Counted from the stretch's first letter, positions 17,501 to 24,637 are shown. The stretch: 25,444 nt of DNA from an uncultured archaeon (GCA_964586355.1 CAZPGO010000008.1:1-25444), one strand, 5' to 3'. Numbers and translations are program-made. The notes: a model not told the origin generated them from the letters alone.

Positions 17501-20500
17501 AGCTCTAAAGTACCACTAACACTTTCTTTAAAAGATAATAACAAAAGATAATCTTTATTTTCTGAGATACAAACATCTGCAAGATCTTGATTCATTATTC
17601 CTTGTATGACTTTTGAAATGTTTCCAACAACTTTTTCATCAAAGATTACTTTGTTTTCTCCATCAACAGCACCATAACCACTATTAATTAATATCTCTGT
17701 AATTTCTGGAGTTTTTTGTAAAGAGTCTTGTTTTGTTCTAAAATAGATCTTTGCTATAGCATCTTCTTTTTCAGAAATATTACCAGTAAATAAATTTATA
17801 ATATTAAACTGATTTGATCTCTCTAGATTAAAAGCATACCTTTTAGCATCATTAAAAACATCTGTTGCAATCTTTTCTCCAAACTCTTTTTTACCAGTAA
17901 TCATTGTAAGCCAAGTTCCATAGTTGGAGGCTTGTTTAAGTTCTTTGTCATGTGGTAAAAACAAAATAAAGTTTTCTGCTGATTTACTACAACTTTCTGG
18001 TTTTTCCATTTCTTCTATCATTATGTAAATAGTTGTTCTTTCTGGTAAGATCAATTCATGGTTTGCAGCAACAAACCCATCAATTGTTACTTTGTATTTT
18101 CCACAACCTCTTAGTTTTCCATCATATAATAATCTCCCACCGGTAATAGAGACATCACTAGGGGTCATAAAACCTGAGTTTTCTAAAACCAGATGTCTGT
18201 TTATCTTACTAAATTTTTTATTAGTACTTTGGTCTTTTATTAAAAGATCTCTTAAAAGATCAACATTAATAGCATCATTTTGTAAATACAAATAAAATTC
18301 TGTGGTTTTTGTGTTCTTTAAAATATCAGAGATCTCACAATAACCATTGTTATATGCTTGAGGAGCACAAGAACTATTTTGTGTTTGATTTTTTATCTGT
18401 GAAGAATCTGTAATAATTCTTGCTTGTAGATCTTGAGCTCTTTTTAAGATTAAGTTAGCAGCACCAACAGCATCACAAAAACCTGTGTCTCCATCACAGG
18501 TTGTTGAAACTATTGGAAAGTTAAGATTTATATTTCTAGCATCTTCTCCACTAAGACTTTCACAAATAGGAACAGATTGAGAATAAGTTTGCTCACTATC
18601 TCTTATAGTCTCTTGATCTTGAACAATAACTTCTGTTGTGACCAATATTGATTCAGAGCTTACTGTTGCTCCAGACTGTGTTCTTCCAACAAATCTTATT
18701 GGTTTTTTTAGTCTTGGAAACTCATATTGATTAGCTGTTAATTTTAAAACATAGTTTGCAGATGCACCCATTGGCAAAATCTGAGAATAAGTACTTGGGT
18801 AAAACTCTACTGCTGTTGCTCCAAAAGCATCAGCATAAAGATTACCTTTCTTATCTATGTCTGTAATCATTACTGGCTCAGAGCATTCGTTTGTGATGGT
18901 AATAGATCTTTCTTTAGGTTTATTAATCTCTAAGGCATAATCCAAACTTTTTTGATTTATTTTTATACAAGAGGGGGGAGAGATCCAAAGGTATGTTTGA
19001 AAAGAAGTTTCCACTCTGTTTTTAATGCCTGGAGCATAAGCACTAACTTTATAATAAAGATCATCAATAGTTGCAAGATTTATTTTTCCTTTATACTGTA
19101 TAACAACATTTACAGTTTCATCAGGTTCCAAAACCTCCACACTTGGAGGATAAATAGAGTCTTGAACATTTGCTGAAATTCTGTTTGTATGATTGCTTAT
19201 TTGTATATCTCTTAGTGTAATATTACCTGTGTTTTTTAAAACAAACACAGCATGAGTCTCAGCAGGAAACTCATCTAGATGCTGTGCTAGTGGTATTGCT
19301 TGGGTTTGTGGTGTTATTTGCATAGATTTGGAAACATCCACAATTTCAACATTAAGTTTTGTTTTCTCAAACTCATAGAACTCATTATCCCAAAAAATAT
19401 TAAAAGCATGTTTCTTTAACATCTTTGTATCTTCTTTATTTTTCACAACAATTTCATATTCTAGTTCCTCTCCACTAGCTAAAGAAAAGCCAGGAACACT
19501 AACATCTATATTTTCCTTAGAAGGAATAACTCCTTCTCTTTTTACCTTTGGGGTAGCAACAATTGGTTTTTCACAATTGTTTTTTATAGAAAGAGTTATG
19601 GTATTTTCAGATCCTGCTTGAAAGCCTACATAAGAATCTAATAGCTCTGGTTTGATTAATAAACAATCAGATTTAACAGCCCCTTTTAAAACCAAAACAT
19701 CTATTTTCTTTGCTATCTGTTTATTGCCTATACGACCATAGATTACCAAAACCGCTTTTGCACTATTAAACTGAAGTTTAGCATCTACTGTTGCAATCAT
19801 TCTGGAATTTATGGAACCAGAACTATTTATTTCATTTGGAGTTTCTAGATTTAATGAAAGGGTATCAACATTATCTATATATCTTATTTCAGATCTTATA
19901 TCTGTTATTGGTTGAGAGTATTTATTAATAAGAGTAAAGTCTACAAAACCTGTGCTAGAAGTTTGTCCAAGATTTAGTGTGATTTTATCTGGTGCACCTA
20001 AAAGTGTTTGATCTGCAATAATAATCTCTCTTGTTTCTGGTTGATAACCATGTGAAGAGATTTCAAAAATTATCTTATTATTGTTGAATTTTTGATCAAC
20101 CATATATTTTCCAAAAAGACCATTTTTAGGACTTGGTAGAATCACACCGAGATTTTCTTTTTGCAAATTAGTTATTTTTATTTTTGCATTTTCTATAGGG
20201 TCATTAGTTTCAGAATCAGAAATGTCAAAAGTAATTGGAGTATCATAGTCTGCAATCTCTAAAGGATTCATAATTACATTCATTTTCTTTTGTGAATAAA
20301 CATCAAAACTTTTTTTGGTTTCTATCTTTGTAGTATCGTCAGAAAGAACATTTTCTATATATGTAGATCCAAGATCTTTTGCATAGAAATAAGTATATAC
20401 CTTTACAGGTGTTCCAGCAGTTACATTTATTCCAGATTCTGCGATCTCTGTTTGTATAAATGTTTCATAATTAACATTTGTTGGAAAATTTAAGGCACCA

Positions 20501-23088
20501 CTAGATGTTGTTACAAGAGTTAAGATTGGATTTGTTGATGTTGTTTGAGAGGTTAACAAAAGAGTTTTATTTTTTAAAGTAAAGATAGTACTCTCTAATG
20601 CATAAAGATTTCCTTTTACTGCAAAAAAATCATCTGTGTATTCATTTGTTTCACTATCAATAAACTTATGACTTACACAAACATCTCCAACACAATCAGC
20701 AGGTTTATCAAAAATATCTATTTCTATTTTTTTTGTGTTTGCATATAGTCCTGCCTTAACAACTGAAGATCTATTATTTAAAAGATCTCCGTCTTGAGGG
20801 TCTCTTAAAACATTAAGATCAAAGTTAGCCCAAGCTCTATAATTTACTATGGCTTTATTTATACTATCGTCAATTGCTTTAACCTTAACTTTTATTTGCT
20901 TATTTCCTAATTCATTTAATGACTCCCATTCTAAATTCAACCATTTATTTTGCTGATCACTAGAACCAATATTTAAAAGATCAATTTCTTGTGCTCCTGG
21001 TCCAGGATATGGAGTATAGGTTAAAGAATATCTAAAATTTGTGGCATCTGCTTTAAAACCTGTTATTCCATAAGACATGTTCTCTGAATCTGTTTCAAAA
21101 TCATCACCTACTCTTATATGTGCTCCCCCGCTTTTAGTATCTTTTGAAAAAAGAATATCAAACACTAAGTAGTAATCAACGCCTGTTGAGATAAAGCTTG
21201 TCTTATTTCCACTTAGATCTTCAACTCCAACAAAATCTATTATTGGATAACCTTCTACTGCTTCTTTTTGAATTTCTGTAAGATCTAATGTTTTCACACC
21301 TTCAAAATCATCGCCAACCACTAAAGGCATGGTTGTCTTTTTTCCATCTTTGTCTGTGTACTCTAGGATTAGATCTTTATATCCAAAGGTATCAAACTCA
21401 ACTGTGGTTCCATCAACATTACCATCATATAAGATTTCTCCTGTTTTAGATTTTACTAACAAATGACCATCTGTTAAAGGAAACCCTTCTTTTTCTAAAT
21501 CTAGTTTTACTATCTTAGATCTATAGATTAACAAAACCACTTTATTATCAACTGTTGGGCTTATGGTAACACTATCTGATGCCATAACCTCTCTATAATA
21601 TCCTCTAACCTCATATGTTTGATTTGTTCTTAATGGTACAGAGAGATAACCAGTAAGATCTAGCTCTAAATTTTCTATTCCTGTGTTAAGTAAAGCACCT
21701 TCTTTTATAACTAAAATTTCTATTTCGGTATCAGGTAAAGGATTTGAATATTCATCAAAAACATGTATGCCTAGGGGTCTACTGTTATTACTAGTTATTT
21801 TTTCTAAATGTAATTGTATTTGTGAAGAATCTAAATTAACTTTTTGCTGTTCACAAAAATAGTTTTCATAACAAGCTGAAACTATATAATTTAGATTAGA
21901 ATCAAGGTTATCAAATTTCACATAACCATCATAACTAGTATAATTTCCATCTATTAAGGAATTATTAGAATTATATAAATTTACTTTTGCATTTTCTATT
22001 GGTAATAATTGATCTTTATCAATAACCTGAACAGATAAACTATTTCCACCTAGTTTCAAAACCACAGGAAAAGTTTCTTCTGGTTTTATTATTCTTAAAG
22101 TTTTATCCTCTTCTTCTGAATCATATTTTTTATAGTTATCAGCAGTAACAACTATTCTTATGGTCTTTCCTGAACTTACCTTAAATAATGCTTTTCCTAA
22201 AACAGATCTTGAAACATCAAGTAACTTATTATCAAAAGTGTCGTAGATTTGTATAGTTGCATCATCAACATTTTCTCCTTGGTTATTTACAACAGTAATT
22301 GTTACATTAGATTCTTTTCCTTCAAAAGACGCCATATCAAAATCTAGCATATGCTCTTTAGTTTCTGTTTCTTGAGTTATCTGATAATCAAACACAGAAG
22401 ACTGATAACCATCCGCTTCTAAAGTTATCTGAAATCTGGTGTTAAGTGGAGCATCAAACACTAAATCAAAGTTTCCATTTGAAATTACTATATTTTCTAT
22501 ATCAGATCCTGAGGACTCATATCTTATTGTTCCTTTTACTTCTGGAATTATTTTATTTGTAGAACTATCTATTGGTCTTACTATTAATTGACCAAAAGAG
22601 GTAGGCTTAGTAAACACAAAATTTATTTCTTCTTTTTTACTTGTTGGAATAAATGTTTTATTTATTGAATCATACTCATCTTTACTAACTATTAGCGTAT
22701 AAGACTTACCAAGGGATAAAGGGACTTTAAGTTTTTGACCACTATTGATTGCATTAGATACTGTGTAGACATCAACACCATCAGCATCCCTTATAGATAA
22801 AAATACTCCATCTATCTGTTGAGAGCTTGAGTCTCTAAAGTTTGCTGTTAGCTCTATTTTTCCTAAACCAAAAATTAATAAAAACAAAATAATTAATATT
22901 ATTATTAAAATAGCTCCAATTAAAGCAAAAGGAGGAATACCTTTTTTCTCTAAAAAGTGGTTTAGTTTATTTAGAGGAATTCCTTTTTTAGTTAGCCAAT
23001 CACTAAAACCATTATATCCTTTTTCCAAAGAATTATAGATCTTTGAAAAAATGTTTTTGTCTTTTTTTTTTGTGTTTTCTGATCTCAT
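14521..23088 (-). CDS. Giant membrane-anchored surface protein, paralogue 1 (2855 aa) with C-terminal NlpC/P60-type hydrolase module
   Basis: Track ORF. N-terminus ...IYNSLEKGYNGFSDWLTKKGIPLNKLNHFLEKKG|IPPFALIGAILIIILIILFLLIF. Beta-sandwich repeats, e.g. NVTITVVNNQGENVDDATIQIYD and LSVQVIDKDQLLPIENAKVNLYN...SYDGYVKFDNL. CARDB-like strands (VLKNTGNITLRDIQIS, SIKNNCEKPIVA, TITNECSEPVMI). C-terminal GQCADF...SHIVLYVG...FLHQS motif set. Confidence 0.9.
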   Translation of the reverse strand: MRSENTKKKDKNIFSKIYNSLEKGYNGFSDWLTKKGIPLNKLNHFLEKKGIPPFALIGAILIIILIILFLLIFGLGKIELTANFRDSSSQQIDGVFLSIRDADGVDVYTVSNAINSGQKLKVPLSLGKSYTLIVSKDEYDSINKTFIPTSKKEEINFVFTKPTSFGQLIVRPIDSSTNKIIPEVKGTIRYESSGSDIENIVISNGNFDLVFDAPLNTRFQITLEADGYQSSVFDYQITQETETKEHMLDFDMASFEGKESNVTITVVNNQGENVDDATIQIYDTFDNKLLDVSRSVLGKALFKVSSGKTIRIVVTADNYKKYDSEEEDKTLRIIKPEETFPVVLKLGGNSLSVQVIDKDQLLPIENAKVNLYNSNNSLIDGNYTSYDGYVKFDNLDSNLNYIVSACYENYFCEQQKVNLDSSQIQLHLEKITSNNSRPLGIHVFDEYSNPLPDTEIEILVIKEGALLNTGIENLELDLTGYLSVPLRTNQTYEVRGYYREVMASDSVTISPTVDNKVVLLIYRSKIVKLDLEKEGFPLTDGHLLVKSKTGEILYDGNVDGTTVEFDTFGYKDLILEYTDKDGKKTTMPLVVGDDFEGVKTLDLTEIQKEAVEGYPIIDFVGVEDLSGNKTSFISTGVDYYLVFDILFSKDTKSGGAHIRVGDDFETDSENMSYGITGFKADATNFRYSLTYTPYPGPGAQEIDLLNIGSSDQQNKWLNLEWESLNELGNKQIKVKVKAIDDSINKAIVNYRAWANFDLNVLRDPQDGDLLNNRSSVVKAGLYANTKKIEIDIFDKPADCVGDVCVSHKFIDSETNEYTDDFFAVKGNLYALESTIFTLKNKTLLLTSQTTSTNPILTLVTTSSGALNFPTNVNYETFIQTEIAESGINVTAGTPVKVYTYFYAKDLGSTYIENVLSDDTTKIETKKSFDVYSQKKMNVIMNPLEIADYDTPITFDISDSETNDPIENAKIKITNLQKENLGVILPSPKNGLFGKYMVDQKFNNNKIIFEISSHGYQPETREIIIADQTLLGAPDKITLNLGQTSSTGFVDFTLINKYSQPITDIRSEIRYIDNVDTLSLNLETPNEINSSGSINSRMIATVDAKLQFNSAKAVLVIYGRIGNKQIAKKIDVLVLKGAVKSDCLLIKPELLDSYVGFQAGSENTITLSIKNNCEKPIVATPKVKREGVIPSKENIDVSVPGFSLASGEELEYEIVVKNKEDTKMLKKHAFNIFWDNEFYEFEKTKLNVEIVDVSKSMQITPQTQAIPLAQHLDEFPAETHAVFVLKNTGNITLRDIQISNHTNRISANVQDSIYPPSVEVLEPDETVNVVIQYKGKINLATIDDLYYKVSAYAPGIKNRVETSFQTYLWISPPSCIKINQKSLDYALEINKPKERSITITNECSEPVMITDIDKKGNLYADAFGATAVEFYPSTYSQILPMGASANYVLKLTANQYEFPRLKKPIRFVGRTQSGATVSSESILVTTEVIVQDQETIRDSEQTYSQSVPICESLSGEDARNINLNFPIVSTTCDGDTGFCDAVGAANLILKRAQDLQARIITDSSQIKNQTQNSSCAPQAYNNGYCEISDILKNTKTTEFYLYLQNDAINVDLLRDLLIKDQSTNKKFSKINRHLVLENSGFMTPSDVSITGGRLLYDGKLRGCGKYKVTIDGFVAANHELILPERTTIYIMIEEMEKPESCSKSAENFILFLPHDKELKQASNYGTWLTMITGKKEFGEKIATDVFNDAKRYAFNLERSNQFNIINLFTGNISEKEDAIAKIYFRTKQDSLQKTPEITEILINSGYGAVDGENKVIFDEKVVGNISKVIQGIMNQDLADVCISENKDYLLLLSFKESVSGTLELTAKDKVNNIRLEPEKVCKTLELSSTINETVLVNNEESTLNVTYNYQGKEHDALSVSLQPEKTVDFNVCVVPSLESLTSEISNKLKITATSKFRESSAMGLRAKTLELDLISFALTPLELFETINKEVQNNSVSGSELDTFEFFALVDWDDTYSPRDTETQCEILKKFIEKNFKAQNFFVIKDWCPDLEISSAASSVAKSKARDNTFKFFGSCFKSCSMCSAAGDTLLAIVSGGMTIPLALKNIVLDCGIFTCGMPAGVYYASQVTGNDWGLLNALKTGLAGLGKGFSTAFEWVEGVMSDIGDLFGLGTNGAQELTIDQIEGAIEEEEDPFLESMNALKGGSVLGVASAGADQAGYTKILRSTTSPYMAAGSSKIISNFDLPTSGISAIPTTNITIPGTSGGSTLYTPAINPSYSLSEAALKSQVKGGWIESLKGESGGLKNIFQPDPSDADDLARIMGQVNNVDDFMALSADDSYDLAKILSKTFNNPAADPSVGNPAYFSNPQNAGRGTPDVKRLVDRLLQKSGHTSIAAEAGDVASTVTRAISVDDAQKGLTQLDDALKTVSDDIAKLDKEISKIENYATRNKSANTNLDKLTKTKADLLDAQNTLKNARNGVDDAIKTGTTTVNGQKVVSISDDLTKNIDDVIQKTSNLKSSKVNWKFGFRKWGGMAKGIACGIVGNMYGLSALKEDGEIGNLEHSIVQSTDSDNITSFSKNKFYYILVYRTKNSAGKESYILKISLESPINDKADNVVYKKANNKITEENIKRSLTNLGAVEYDKSEISTEEMVEEMLAEEIERAQREANNLSSVNGGLDLDNESISSLDLEEIQKEGYLQKKDLIQKYTGCSFPGQCADFSESWGERMCSRFSVEAAKKIYNLSYILNHSWFMGSSNKVVWRAGQNTESYKEHLVPGVLININIPGSKYSQPSHIVLYVGKDQQGRDLFLHQSVDKSSYQYLDSYVSAGRSIHSILIPSSGYPQYSAVTSYNSPKYA
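14599..14991 (-). other. NlpC/P60-CHAP superfamily (papain-fold) hydrolase-like domain at the C-terminus of giant 1
   Basis: Candidate triad: PGQC(2715)ADFSESW (codon 14944-14946), SH(2792)IVLYVGKDQQG (14713-14715) and FLH(2809)QS (14662-14664). The Cys-to-His spacing of 77 aa and the H-x-x-x-Y-x-G...x-H-x-S layout match the NlpC/P60 Cys-His-His pattern. Confidence 0.6.
15439..15504 (-). other. Second hydrophobic Gly/Ala-rich helix in giant 1 (TM or membrane-inserting candidate)
   Basis: W2529-GGMAKGIACGIVGNMYGLSAL-2550, about 165 aa upstream of the hydrolase Cys. Confidence 0.45.
15640..15875 (-). other. Predicted coiled coil in giant 1
   Basis: aa ~2405-2483: DDAQKGLTQLDDALKTVSDDIAKLDKEISKIENYATRNKSANTNLDKLTKTKADLLDAQNTLKNARNGVDDAIKTG. 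Heptad-like spacing of L/I/V, charged, and no Pro or Gly until the end. Confidence 0.5.
16570..16885 (-). other. Cys-cluster plus Gly-rich hydrophobic/amphipathic module in giant 1
   Basis: aa ~2069-2173: FFGSC(2075)FKSC(2079)SMC(2082)SAAGDTLLAIVSGGMTIPLALKNIVLDCGIFTCGMPAGVYYASQV...WGLLNALKTGLAGLGKGFSTAFEWVEGVMSDIGDLFGLGTNG. The CX3CX2C motif lies at 16843-16866. Confidence 0.5.
21260..22850 (-). repeat. Giant 1: array of diverged carboxypeptidase-regulatory-like/CARDB-like beta-sandwich repeats (protein level, not a DNA repeat)
   Basis: aa ~80-610. Recurrent pattern: hydrophobic-x-V-x-V-x-D, then P-[IL]-x-x-A/T-x-[IV], then a D-G/Y-G turn, then x-Y-x-[IV]-x-V. Boundaries are approximate. 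Confidence 0.6.
22861..22947 (-). other. Giant 1: KKG-IPPF plus hydrophobic helix (signal-anchor or class III signal-like site)
   Basis: K48-K49-G50 | I-P-P-F-A-L-I-G-A-I-L-I-I-I-L-I-I-L-F-L-L-I-F-G-L-G (to aa 76). Confidence 0.5.
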
Positions 23089-23110
23089 AAATAAGTCTTA
23101 TTTTTATGTT

Positions 23111-23124
23111 ATATATATATATAT
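23111..23124 (-). promoter_or_regulatory. (TA)7 tract; candidate TATA box for giant 1 (leaderless or near-leaderless mRNA)
   Basis: atatatatatatat lies 23-36 nt upstream of the ATG at 23088. No SD-like purine run lies between it and the start. Confidence 0.35.
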
Positions 23125-23235
23125 TATTAATAAATAATAAAAGTATTATAAATATTAACTATTTTAAATTAAAAGAAGATATTTAACAGATCTCAAAAAC
23201 ATTTGATGAATCTTAAAAAATAATTTAAAATCTAT

Positions 23236-23258
23236 AAAAAATAGTAAAAAAAAGAAAA
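23236..23258 (-). terminator. Oligo-T run after lemA stop (archaeal-type termination signal candidate)
   Basis: Minus-strand sequence right after the TAA stop is TTTTCTTTTTTTTACTATTTTTTATAG, with a T8 starting 6 nt after the stop. Confidence 0.3.
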
Positions 23259-23813
23259 TTAAAAAGAAACTTTAACATTTTCTTTTTCTTTTGAAGTTGC
23301 TTCTAAAAACTCTTGTTTTTGGAAACTAAACATTTTTGCAAACAGGTTTGTTGGAAACATTTCTGTTTTGTTGTTATAATCCATCACTGTATCATTATAG
23401 AATTGTCTAGAATATGCAATCTTGTTTTCAATACCTGATAACTCTTCTTGAAGCATTAAAAAGTTTTGACTTGCTTTTAGGTCTGGATAATTTTCTACAA
23501 CAACATTTAATAGTCCGCCAATTTCTTTAGACATCTTTTCATTAGCTTTCATGGTTTCTTTTATGTCTTTTGTTTGCATTGCTTGTGTTCTTAATTCTGT
23601 TATTTTTGTTAAAGTTACTTGTTCATGTTTTACATAACCTTTTACAGTTTCAATTAAGTTTGGAACAAGATCATATCTTTTCTTTAACTGAACATCTATT
23701 TGACTCCAAGCATTTCTTACTTTATTTCTTGCTGCAATTAGACCGTTGTAAATTAAAAAGCTAACAATGAATATGATTGCTAAAATAATCAGTAATATGT
23801 ATAGTATAGCCAT
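23259..23813 (-). CDS. lemA: LemA family membrane protein
   Basis: 184 aa. N-terminal TM helix followed by YNGLIAARNKVRNAWSQIDVQLKKRYDLVPNLIETVKGYVKHEQ, the hallmark LemA motif block. SD-like GGGGG sits 9 nt upstream of the ATG. Confidence 0.9.
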   Translation of the reverse strand: MAILYILLIILAIIFIVSFLIYNGLIAARNKVRNAWSQIDVQLKKRYDLVPNLIETVKGYVKHEQVTLTKITELRTQAMQTKDIKETMKANEKMSKEIGGLLNVVVENYPDLKASQNFLMLQEELSGIENKIAYSRQFYNDTVMDYNNKTEMFPTNLFAKMFSFQKQEFLEATSKEKENVKVSF

Positions 23814-23850
23814 TTGTTAAAACCCCCTTTTTAAAATTGTTATTAGTATT

Positions 23851-23860
23851 AAATATATAA
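23851..23860 (-). promoter_or_regulatory. Candidate TATA box for lemA (short SD-containing leader)
   Basis: Minus-strand TTATATATTT lies 38-47 nt upstream of the ATG at 23813. GGGGG (plus ccccc 23823-23827) sits between the box and the start. Confidence 0.3.
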
Positions 23861-23870
23861 GTTAATTATG

Positions 23871-23879
23871 TTTATAAAA
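23871..23879 (+). promoter_or_regulatory. Candidate TATA box for aroF (leaderless geometry)
   Basis: TTTATAAAA is centred ~25 nt upstream of the ATG at 23900. No SD lies between them. Confidence 0.35.
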
Positions 23880-23899
23880 TAAATTGTTTTAGAAAAAAT

Positions 23900-24637
23900 A
23901 TGAAAAAAATAATAATAGCTGGTCCTTGCTCTGTGGAGTCTAAAAAACAAATAGAAGAGATTTCTAACTTCTTATTTAAATATAAAATAAAATATCTAAG
24001 AGGTGGTTGCTTTAAGCCAAGAACAGATCCTAAAAGTTTTCAAGGGCTTAGAGATTTTGGTATTGATCTTCTTTACAATTGCTCAAGAAAAAATAATCAA
24101 AAAACAGTTACAGAGGTATTGTCCATTGATCAACTTAAAAGAAATTATGATAAAATAGATGTTATTCAAATTGGATCTAGAAATATGACTAACTTTGAAT
24201 TACTAAAAGAAGTTGGAAAAATAACTAAAAAAGATAAAAAACAGATTCTTCTAAAAAGAGGATTTTCTTCAACCATTTCTGAGTTTTTAAAAGCAGGAGA
24301 ATATATAGAACAGTTTGGAAACAAGAACATTTGGTATTGTCTTAGAGGAATAAGAACATTTGAGCAAATAGATTCTGATCAAAAATTTACTAGTGATCTT
24401 TCTTCTATATTAGAACTAAAAAAATATAATAAAAAAATTTTGTTTGATCCCTCTCACTCAACAGGCAATTCTAGATATGTTGTTGATATTTCTAAGGCTG
24501 CTCTTTTACTTGGAGCTGATGGATTAATTATAGAAGTTCATAATAATCCAAAAAAAGCAAGATCTGACAAAAATCAACAATTAACTTTTAAGGAATTTGA
24601 AAAGTTGTTAAATGAAATTAATTGTTTTTGTAAATAA
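23900..24637 (+). CDS. aroF: 3-deoxy-7-phosphoheptulonate (DAHP) synthase, class I-beta, unadorned catalytic barrel only (245 aa)
   Basis: Motif chain typical of I-beta DAHPS: IAGPCSVES, LRGGCFKPRTDPKSFQG, QIGSRNMTNFELLKEVG, ILLKRG, RGIRTFE, DPSHSTG, GLIIEVHNNPKKARSD. Candidate metal ligands Cys/His/Glu/Asp are all present. It does not fit the KDO8P synthase motifs (no KASFDKANRSS-type block). No N-terminal regulatory domain. Confidence 0.85.
   Translation: MKKIIIAGPCSVESKKQIEEISNFLFKYKIKYLRGGCFKPRTDPKSFQGLRDFGIDLLYNCSRKNNQKTVTEVLSIDQLKRNYDKIDVIQIGSRNMTNFELLKEVGKITKKDKKQILLKRGFSSTISEFLKAGEYIEQFGNKNIWYCLRGIRTFEQIDSDQKFTSDLSSILELKKYNKKILFDPSHSTGNSRYVVDISKAALLLGADGLIIEVHNNPKKARSDKNQQLTFKEFEKLLNEINCFCK

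Noticed and set aside
18092-19176. Plus-strand ORFs 18092-18295 and 18952-19176 inside giant 1; likewise 23570-23764 inside lemA
   Set aside because: Same reasoning: these are nested antisense ORFs with a hydrophobic, low-complexity composition. The host ORFs have strong family motifs.
14521-23088. Giant 1 as a classical polymorphic toxin with a downstream immunity gene, or as a prophage tape-measure protein
   Set aside because: The gene immediately downstream is a 605-aa pilin-like protein, not a small immunity protein. No phage structural, integrase or recombinase gene is visible anywhere in the window. The N-terminal 2000 aa are adhesin-like repeats shared with two neighbours. The resemblance is kept only as a functional analogy.
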